Below, piece after piece: positions 51,922 through 60,800 of a DNA stretch of 64,000 nt (within the stretch, counting starts at the first letter, position 1; each line of letters opens with the position of its first letter). Source of the DNA: a virus. The notes under the pieces are model-generated. The model made no database searches. It was not told the DNA's origin and worked only from the letters and a program-made list of their open reading frames with translations. A program made the position numbers and the translations under genes. Location: positions 32,001 through 96,000 of the IMG/VR virus record IMGVR_UViG_3300033141_003168. The stretch is one strand, 5' to 3'.

Positions 51922-53488
51922 GATAGTCAAAGCTGAAGATCATTTCAACGACTTAATTACTAAACTCGAAAATGATTCCTTTGAGGAAATGTCTCCAGAA
52001 GCATACGGCCTGCCGCATGATTTCAAGACTAAAAATGAACTACAGGAATGGATTGAAAATAATCTAAAAATTCTAAAAGACGGCAAAGAAATAAACATAA
52101 AACTAATTCCAAAACAAATGAAAATGATTTGGGATTATTGGACGCGCAAAACAGTTTCCGGGATTTTATGGAAGCCGCGTGGCGGGGGTGGTTCGCTTAC
52201 AGTTGCTATAATAATTTTTCTTTTTATGGTGTGGAAAAAATTCTCATTTAAAGATTTAGCTGGATCGGGCGAACAGGCAAAAAATGTATATGATTATGTA
52301 AAAGGATTCTTTTCAGAACAATGCGTCGGAGTGCGTGGTGCTACTATTGTCAAGGGTGAACCGCTTAAAACAAATACAGAACTTGTAACAGGGCCATCGT
52401 TACAATGTGTTCCTACTTCTGAAAAAGCTGCACGAGGCAAACATCCTCCAGGAATTGTAATCGACGAGGCGTGTCAATCTGATCCGTCAGTTGATTCAGT
52501 TATTGAGGCTGCATTAAATATGGTATTTTCAGAAAAAGAATATTGCATTATTGCCGATTCAACATTTCATGTTCCATTCGGATGGTTTCAGGATAATTGG
52601 GATAATGCAGAATTACGTGATTATGTCAGATATAAATGGAGTATTTATGATTGCATGGCCCAATGTGATGATGAAATGGATTGCCGTAACTGTTTTTTGA
52701 CTCAGAGAATACCTGTATTAAACGCGAACGGCAAAATCAAAAAATACAAATATACGGGTTGTAACGGTAAGGCAAGGAAATCACAAGGGTGGTTAAGTCG
52801 AAAAAATGTAATAGACGCTAAAAAGAAAAATACGGCAGAAACTTATCGCGTAGAATATGAATGTCACAGGCCTTCAACTAAAGGCAGGGTTTATCCTAAA
52901 GAAGATTGCGACAGGGCATTTACTCGCGACTATGATCTTGTGAAATTACTTAAAAATGTGAGATCGTCAGTAGGAATAGATTGGGGTTTTGATTCACAAA
53001 CCGCAGTGATACTTTCGCAACGACATCTTAATCATATTGCTGTTCCTAACGAGGCGTTTTTTACGGGAACGAGTACGAGTGATATTATCGCGTATCTCCG
53101 CAGACTTAAAAGAAAGACTGGTGAGTTTGTAGTATACGCAGATGCGTCGCATCCGTTTAATAATCTCGACGTTGCTAATGCGGGATTCAAAGTTCAGGCC
53201 GTGCCCTTTAATCTTTACAAAAAGTTAGGCATAGATAATGTCGCAAAATATTTTGAAATGAGTCGGTTAAAAATAAGCAAGGAGTGTCGAATACTCGAAA
53301 GTCAAATAAATAAGTATCGCAAGGATGAACAAGGCCGACCGGTGAAGTCAAATGACCATGGTGCAGACGGATTAATGTGCTCATTGTTACACTTCCTATT
53401 TCTTAATGAATTCGCGATAGATGAAGATGGTGAAGTTCAAGACATAGGAACTCAAAAGGAACAACAAGGCGGGGTGATTTTAATATGA
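51887..53488 (+). CDS. terL: terminase large subunit
   Basis: Adenine-binding 'LIPKQ', P-loop 'KPRGGGGS', 'RGKH..IVIDEA', nuclease 'GIDWG' and 'DHGAD'. Confidence 0.85.
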   Translation: MTLSKTQQAKDKIVKAEDHFNDLITKLENDSFEEMSPEAYGLPHDFKTKNELQEWIENNLKILKDGKEINIKLIPKQMKMIWDYWTRKTVSGILWKPRGGGGSLTVAIIIFLFMVWKKFSFKDLAGSGEQAKNVYDYVKGFFSEQCVGVRGATIVKGEPLKTNTELVTGPSLQCVPTSEKAARGKHPPGIVIDEACQSDPSVDSVIEAALNMVFSEKEYCIIADSTFHVPFGWFQDNWDNAELRDYVRYKWSIYDCMAQCDDEMDCRNCFLTQRIPVLNANGKIKKYKYTGCNGKARKSQGWLSRKNVIDAKKKNTAETYRVEYECHRPSTKGRVYPKEDCDRAFTRDYDLVKLLKNVRSSVGIDWGFDSQTAVILSQRHLNHIAVPNEAFFTGTSTSDIIAYLRRLKRKTGEFVVYADASHPFNNLDVANAGFKVQAVPFNLYKKLGIDNVAKYFEMSRLKISKECRILESQINKYRKDEQGRPVKSNDHGADGLMCSLLHFLFLNEFAIDEDGEVQDIGTQKEQQGGVILI

Positions 53489-54014
53489 AAAAGTTTTTAC
53501 TTATCAGTGCGTCTTCGAGGAAAAATCTTGAGAACAAAATCAATGAATACGCTGAAAAGGGTTACACGGTTATAGGAGTTGCGGAATGGCATGAGGCTAT
53601 TATTCTCGAACATGAAGGGCTACCAAAAATAGAATCACAAGAACAGGAAGAACAAACGGACGGAGTTGTAGTAAGGTTGTGTAATTTCGATCAATATTGT
53701 GCGTATCAAGGTGAACAAACTTTAGATGATAAGGACGTGCTTGAATGTACCAAAACTTATGCTCCTAACGAAAGTCCTTGCTCACGATTATTACAAGAAA
53801 TAACACAAAGGGGGTTTGATAATGTCGGATGATAAAACGTATACAGAGCGCAACACAAGCTATCTTGAAGGAATAGAGCGGTGGATTAAAGAAAATTTAT
53901 TGCAAAAAGGTGAGTACGGATTCGCGACCTTGACTGTACGAGTTCAGGATGGTAATATTCAAGAAGTAAGGACTGCGCGAGATCAAAAACTTATGCCTGT
54001 TGAGGTAAAAAATA

Positions 54015-55706
54015 ATGGACAAGAAAAATCAAAATAACCAAAGTGAAGAAGTCGATGATGCAGTGGTGACCGCAACGATTATAGAAACAGATTTGTTAAA
54101 GCATTCAACTCAGTTACAAATTACGAAAAAATCATGGGGCGGCACCAATGCTATATCACCTCCGCACGATCCGGTGGCGTGGGGTGCAATGCCTTCCTAT
54201 TCAACGCGGCTAACCAAGTGCATTGCAACTTATGTTCAAAACACCGTTGGGTACGGTTGGTTAATCAAACCCACAAAAGAAGTTGAAGATGCGTGGAAGG
54301 AGCTATCAGACGAATTAAAAAGGACATATAATATTCAAAAAAATCGCCTCGAAAAACTTTTCAATCGACCCAACAAAGAAATGCCGTTTACCGAAGTTAT
54401 GCGACAGGAGGGAACCGACGAGGAAGCAACGGGTAATGGATACCTTGAAATAGTCAGAAACTTGCGTGGCGAACCTGCTGAAATTTATCATGCACCGGCA
54501 AGTATAACTCGGCGTAAAGAAGGTACGGGTTTTATTCAAATGAAACAGGGCAAAACAAGATATTTCAAAGATTTTGGTGACAAACATATAATGAACAAAT
54601 CGACTGGTGAATATGAAGGTGATGAATTGCCACTTGAGGATCGTGCAACTGAGATTATTCAATTCAAAATTTATTCTCCGAATTCTCCTATTTACGGATC
54701 ACCGCGATACCTACCTGCTGCGCCTGCAATTTCTGGAGGAAGAGCAGCGGCGGTTCGTAATATGATGTTCTTCAAAAACAATGCAGTGCCGCCGATTGTA
54801 GTTACTGTCACCGGAGGCGCACTATCACCGGATTCCGTTGAGTCAATTCGTTCCTTTATGGCAACAGAACAGAAAGGTTTATCAAACCAACACAGGGCAA
54901 TGGTGTTGCAATCGGAATCAAGCGGTATCGGTACTCTCGGAAATTCCGGTGCAAAAATCGACGTTAAGGAAGTCGGAGTCGGATCAAAAGACGATGCATC
55001 TTTTATGGATTATCGGGCGGCAAATGATAATGAAATCAGAGAGGCGTTTGGTATCGGTGAAGTGTTCCTCGGAACGATGAAAGACATAACAAAAGGCAAT
55101 GCGGTCGAGTCGCGGCGAATCACAAATGACCAAGAATTCAAACCTGCGAAAAAAGTTAAGGAATATAAAATTCATTATACAATTATTGAGGATATGTTTT
55201 CGCAAGAAAAATCAATGAGTATGACTGATGCATTATCGAAGTGTTTCTCTGATGAAGATAATCTTAAAAAAGCAATGACGCTCTCACCATTAGAACGGCG
55301 GTATAAAATCGAAGACGAATTGGACAAACAGTTTATCAAGGTAATAAAGGTTGAAGGTGACGAAGTAAAATTTAAGTATCGGGCAATGGCAACACTTGAG
55401 TTTATTCAGCCTCGAATAACCGACCCGGTTGAAGACGCAAGAGTACAGAAAATCTACAGTGACCTTGCGGCACTTACTATAAACGAAATCAGACAGAACA
55501 TAGGTAAACAACCTTACACTCATAAGTGGGCTGACCTTCCCATTGCAATTCTTTTACAACTCGATAAGATCGAAAAGAAAAAAGTAAAGGAAGAAAGTAA
55601 TGGTGAAGTAGAAGTTCCAGAAACAAATGAAGATGACGGTGTTGAGGCGATTACGGATAAATTGTTGGCAATTCGCGATAGCATTTTAAAAGACATTCAG
55701 GACTAA
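54015..55706 (+). CDS. portal protein
   Basis: 'TGNGYLEIVR', 'IYGSPRY', 'FFKNNAVP', 'IREAFG', 'TINEIR'; follows terL. Confidence 0.88.
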   Translation: MDKKNQNNQSEEVDDAVVTATIIETDLLKHSTQLQITKKSWGGTNAISPPHDPVAWGAMPSYSTRLTKCIATYVQNTVGYGWLIKPTKEVEDAWKELSDELKRTYNIQKNRLEKLFNRPNKEMPFTEVMRQEGTDEEATGNGYLEIVRNLRGEPAEIYHAPASITRRKEGTGFIQMKQGKTRYFKDFGDKHIMNKSTGEYEGDELPLEDRATEIIQFKIYSPNSPIYGSPRYLPAAPAISGGRAAAVRNMMFFKNNAVPPIVVTVTGGALSPDSVESIRSFMATEQKGLSNQHRAMVLQSESSGIGTLGNSGAKIDVKEVGVGSKDDASFMDYRAANDNEIREAFGIGEVFLGTMKDITKGNAVESRRITNDQEFKPAKKVKEYKIHYTIIEDMFSQEKSMSMTDALSKCFSDEDNLKKAMTLSPLERRYKIEDELDKQFIKVIKVEGDEVKFKYRAMATLEFIQPRITDPVEDARVQKIYSDLAALTINEIRQNIGKQPYTHKWADLPIAILLQLDKIEKKKVKEESNGEVEVPETNEDDGVEAITDKLLAIRDSILKDIQD

Positions 55707-55710
55707 ATAA

Positions 55711-57780
55711 ATGTTGAAAGAAAAACAGAGGGTTGCGTTATCGTTACTTGACGATATAGTGCGTCTTACGTTAGGCGAATCCATCGGATTTATGAAGCAG
55801 GCGGGCGCGAAGCAAATGCAAGATTTTATTCTCAATCAGGAAAAAGAAGTATTCGATAGCATCCTCGCAGGTTTTGCCGATTCGATTAAGACAACCGATA
55901 AGCAACTTGCGGCAAGGGTCGCGAAGCTAACCGTTCCTGGCAATTTCACGGTGGCGAAAACCGGTAAGAGAATTTTGAAATCTTCTGCACAGAAGGATTT
56001 TCTGAAATGGTCTGAAAAAATTTGGGGCAAAGATATTTCAAGGAAGATAAATCAGAAGATAAACCGTACTATTGAGAAAGCGTACAGGGCCAGTAAACAG
56101 TTTGCAGCCTCATCCGGCAACCTTCCGAATATCTGGACTGCGAAGGACACGCGGGCATTAAACTTACTGGATAAGGGGTTTACTGGTTGGCTGAGTTCCG
56201 ATTATATCCGCGTTTCTGATCCGAGGATCAAAAATATTCTGAAAACCCAATTTGGGAAGGCGGTTGATACAGAAACGATTGCACGAAAACTCGAAGAAAA
56301 ACTTGGTAATACCTATAAAGATTATAAATCGTGGAATCAATTAGCAAGTTATCAAGTAAACCTTGCACGAAACGCCGGTCAGATTTATACTTATCAACAA
56401 AGCGGTATCACCGAAATTCAATACACCGCAATTATCGACAAGCGTACGACTCCGTTCTGTCAGGACATGGACGGCAGGGTGGTGTTTGTTGAAGACGTTA
56501 CAACACACACAGATAAATTGTTGTCGTTTGATAATCCCGACGCTATAAGAGAATTTAAACCGTTTGCATTTTCTGAACAAATAGGTAATACCAAAAAATA
56601 CAGGCACTTTGCAGGCGGTCATCAAATTAAGTTTCCAAAAACAAACGACCCAAAGTTAAACAGTAAAACTTTTGACAAGGCTGGCGTAATATTGCCACCG
56701 TTTCATAACCTGTGCAGAACAACTACCATAATATCTTCAAGAATTGTTTCTGACTTTGTTTCTCCGGTTGCTGCGGTTCCTGTTGGTGTTAAAACACCGG
56801 CGATGGCTCCAAGACCACCATTACTTGCTGTACCAAAGGGTAAACCACCATCAGTAGCCAGAGCGGTAGAAATGAAACCCGAAAAATTATTTTTTGAACA
56901 AATTCAAACGGCTGGTGAAATGGAATTGCCGGTTGTAAAAGGTGTTATGGAATTATTAAAGAAGAAAGCACCAGATAAATTTTTTCATAATCTTAATTCT
57001 CTTAACTTTTTTAATGAAAAGAATGCGGGGCTTTTATTTAAAAAATGGACGGGCGATAAAATGTCAAAATCAACTGGAGGGTTTTATTCAAAATTAAAAA
57101 GAGGCATGGTAGTACGAAATGATATGATACCTGGACTCGTGATGGACACACCCCTTACGCGCTTACGTCTTGCCGAAGAAGTAGCGTTTCACGAATTAGG
57201 TCATCATGTTGAATATAATCTTCTTCTGCATCCCAGTTATGTGAAAAAAGGTGCTCCTATATTGTCACGATGGCTGGATTACTCAAGAGCTATAAAACCC
57301 ATTGATCGAATTACGAGTTATGCAGGAATAAATGAAAAAGAACATTTTGCCGAAGCTTTTACTCACTATTTTCGAGGGGGTTCATCTAAGGCAATTTTAA
57401 AAGAACGTGAACCAGGAGCGTTTAAGATTATGAATGAACTTTCTGAAGCTTTCTCAAAGAGTTTGGCTGTCATGCTAAATGGTTTACTTGGGGAGTTTAA
57501 TTTTTTGAAGCGGGTAAAGTTATCAAAAGAAGAAAAGGAGTTAGAAAGAATATCAATTGAAGGCGTTGAATTTCTTTGGGGTGAAATAATACAAGAGAAA
57601 AAGGATAAGATTGCTTTTGAAATAGTTACATTTCTTTATCCAGGAAATAAATATTTTTCTGAAGCTGTTTTTTGGCATTTTTTACGTAAAGGTTATGATA
57701 AAAATGTGGCTGCCAAAATGGAAAAGAAAGCTAAGAAAATATTAAGTAACGTAACAATCCGCATGTTATCTATTATATAA
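55711..57780 (+). CDS. MuF (SPP1 gp7-like) head morphogenesis protein with C-terminal zincin metallopeptidase
   Basis: 'DKRTTPFC...PPFHNLCRT' MuF motifs; 'HELGH...ITSYA...EHFAEAF'. Confidence 0.85.
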   Translation: MLKEKQRVALSLLDDIVRLTLGESIGFMKQAGAKQMQDFILNQEKEVFDSILAGFADSIKTTDKQLAARVAKLTVPGNFTVAKTGKRILKSSAQKDFLKWSEKIWGKDISRKINQKINRTIEKAYRASKQFAASSGNLPNIWTAKDTRALNLLDKGFTGWLSSDYIRVSDPRIKNILKTQFGKAVDTETIARKLEEKLGNTYKDYKSWNQLASYQVNLARNAGQIYTYQQSGITEIQYTAIIDKRTTPFCQDMDGRVVFVEDVTTHTDKLLSFDNPDAIREFKPFAFSEQIGNTKKYRHFAGGHQIKFPKTNDPKLNSKTFDKAGVILPPFHNLCRTTTIISSRIVSDFVSPVAAVPVGVKTPAMAPRPPLLAVPKGKPPSVARAVEMKPEKLFFEQIQTAGEMELPVVKGVMELLKKKAPDKFFHNLNSLNFFNEKNAGLLFKKWTGDKMSKSTGGFYSKLKRGMVVRNDMIPGLVMDTPLTRLRLAEEVAFHELGHHVEYNLLLHPSYVKKGAPILSRWLDYSRAIKPIDRITSYAGINEKEHFAEAFTHYFRGGSSKAILKEREPGAFKIMNELSEAFSKSLAVMLNGLLGEFNFLKRVKLSKEEKELERISIEGVEFLWGEIIQEKKDKIAFEIVTFLYPGNKYFSEAVFWHFLRKGYDKNVAAKMEKKAKKILSNVTIRMLSII

Positions 57781-57821
57781 GAAAACATTAATTTTTAATT
57801 TAGAAATTACGGGAGGACAAA

Positions 57822-60800
57822 ATGGATTTAGAAAAAATTTCAGTACCTTATGAAAACCTCAATCAAATAAAAGAACTCGACGACGACGTACTCCTTGACG
57901 ATCACCGCTGGATGCATGTTTATTGGGCTAACTTAAAACGCGGAAATAAAATGGAGAATTGGGATAAAGAAATCGTAAAGAAAACCCATGCCGCAATAGT
58001 ACAGGAAATGTTACTTAGATTTTTCTTTCCCGCGATGGCACTTGAACTCGACCAGACAGAAGAAACTATTAAAGTTGTTACTGAATGGTTAGAATTAGGT
58101 GCAATGAAAGTTATAAGTGCCGCAGAGGGAATGGATTTAATTCGTACTGAAAGTTTTATTGAAAATGTTCATAAACACACAAAAATTCCACAAGGGATTT
58201 TAATTGCACTTTGGAATGTAGTTGAAATGGAATTAAATAATCGCGGTATGCCGGGAGGAAATGAACCGTCCTGGAATCAGGAAAAACAACAAAGTGGTTC
58301 CGGTCGTGGTTCGGCAGGAAAGCAGAGAGGCAGTTATAATAGTCCCACGTTCGCCTACATAGCAGTTTACGGCAAAGAACCTGATATACCTTTAAGCGGC
58401 AGAATAAACAGCCCTGAGAAGGAATGGAAAGATGGTATACTCGTAGACGAACATTTAAAACTCGAATGGCTTGATTCAATCGACGCAATCGAGGAACTTG
58501 AGTTGAGAGCTTCATGTGAAGGCCACGGTGAAAACAGGGTTACGCATGTGGTTGTTCGTTTAAAATCGCGTAACGAAACCGAAAGCAAAAAATTAGTTGA
58601 AGTGTTAAACAATAAAGACGATATTTATTCAAAATATGATGTAGGAACAGAAGGATATCCCCGAATAGTTATTGCGGGAAAAACGTGGTACGGTCAACCA
58701 GGTTGGAATGATTGGTGGGAGACTTTATCTGAAAAAATAAAAACGGCACTAAAAGCAATTAAGAAAGAGCTTGAAGAAAATTTATCAGTAGGAAAATCTT
58801 TACTCGTTTGTTCCAATTCGGAATGGTATTCAAAATATTCTTTACCGATCGCAGAATCTGACATAGAAGAAACGGATTGGATTGAATTTGAAAAAACGAA
58901 ACCGCCTTTTATGTCGCCCGGTGGCAAGATGCGGCAATCAAAACAACTTGTAACTTACATACCCGAACATAAGATTTACTGTGAACCGTTTGCGGGGGCG
59001 GCAAACGTATTATTTAGGAAAGAACCTTGCGAAAATGAAATTCTTTCCGATCTTGATTCGGATTTAATTGTTACGTGGAAGTTCATCAAAAGTTGTTCTG
59101 AAATTGATTTGGGAAAATTGTCAAGATTTTATTGGGAGCGGCCCAAAGATAAAAAACATTTTAAATCTATTTCAGATCAAGAATGCGATAGCATGCTTGA
59201 TACGGTTTATAAGTTTATGTATGTTCGTTACTGGGGTTTCCGAGGCGGTAAAACATTTAGTGAATCAATCGCACAAGATCGCACGGCACTTCAAGGATCG
59301 GCATGGGAACGAATTAAAGGGAAAATAGTACGGGCTAAAGATCGAGTTAAGAATGTGAAGTTCGAGCGGGCGAATTACGAAGATGCCATCGCAAAACACG
59401 ATTCCAAAATTACGTTTTTTTATCTTGACCCGCCTTACGGCAAGACAGGTGCACACTATTGGAAAACTTTAGATTATGAAAAACTCCTAAATGTGGTAAA
59501 AAAAATAAGAGGCAATTTTTTATTGCAACTTCACAATGATGATAAAATAAAAAATTTATTTGGAAAGCATTTTAAAATTTACACAATCACTGCTCGATAT
59601 ATTAGAAATCAATCGTCGCCAGACATGGGACAATTATATAATGAGACGGAATTACTTATAAGCAACTATGAATTAAAAACAAGTGCAAGTAAGTCATTTG
59701 CAATGGACGATGATCTTGCACCCGTGGCATCTTCAGGAATAGAGTTGGGTAAAGAAATTCAGTTTGATGACATTCTTTCCGACTTCAACGACGATTATGT
59801 AATTGATCCGGCTTTCATTTCTCTTGGCGGGAACATTCTTTCGGGTGAAACAGATGAAATGGTTGATTACCACGTGAGTGGAAATTTCGGGCAAGATTTC
59901 AAAGTGCCACTTGAATTCAGACTTGGACGCGGTTCATCTTTTACCGAACGGCAGTCAATAAATTATCATGCCGAAAAAACGGATGTAGAATTAGAACCGC
60001 TATATGCACTCGTAGCGCGAAGGATAAATAAGAAAAATACTATCATACAAATGAACTTTACGGATCGCGTTTCTACTCCGCAGAATCCTCCTGATTTAAT
60101 TACTCCGGAAACCGGAGTAGTTTTTGAAAAAAGTGGTGAAACAAATCTGATTTTAAAAGAAACCGTCATAAATGAGGCAAAGGCATTTATACTTGTTACG
60201 CCATTCGTTTACGTAGTAGGTGGTGTAGTTACGCAAGGCGCAACCAAAGGCGATGTAGACATTCTTATTCGAGGACAGTTCGATGAACCGTTTCTTAGTA
60301 AAATTACACAACCGCTAATTGATAGATCGAGTACACCAAAACGACTTCACTTTCTTGACGACAAATATCACGGCCCATTTACTGCTCACGTTCCGATTTA
60401 TGAATTGATGCTTGTGCCGGTAAGTTTGCTGGAAAATTCAGATACAAAAAAACAAAGAGTGGCTTCGCCAGAATTAATAAGGGAGGCGGCGCGGTCAAAA
60501 TCAGAAGATCGTATAGAAATGTTTCGCTTCTTCACCGCAATGAAACCGACGAAAGGATTTTTTCCGGAACAACGACAAACAATAGATGCGTTTTTATCGC
60601 TTTTTAAGGAAGACAATTTTCCAGTAATGGCGACTAAAAAATATGATGGTATGGCTTCGCTGTGTTGGAAGTCCGGAAAGCGTGTAGAAATATGGTCTAT
60701 CGAAGGAGAAAATAATACCGACCGTTTTCCGAATGTCGTAAAAGAAATTCAGGAACTAAATGCGGATGAACTCGCTTTGCTTATTGAAATTGAAATGTGG

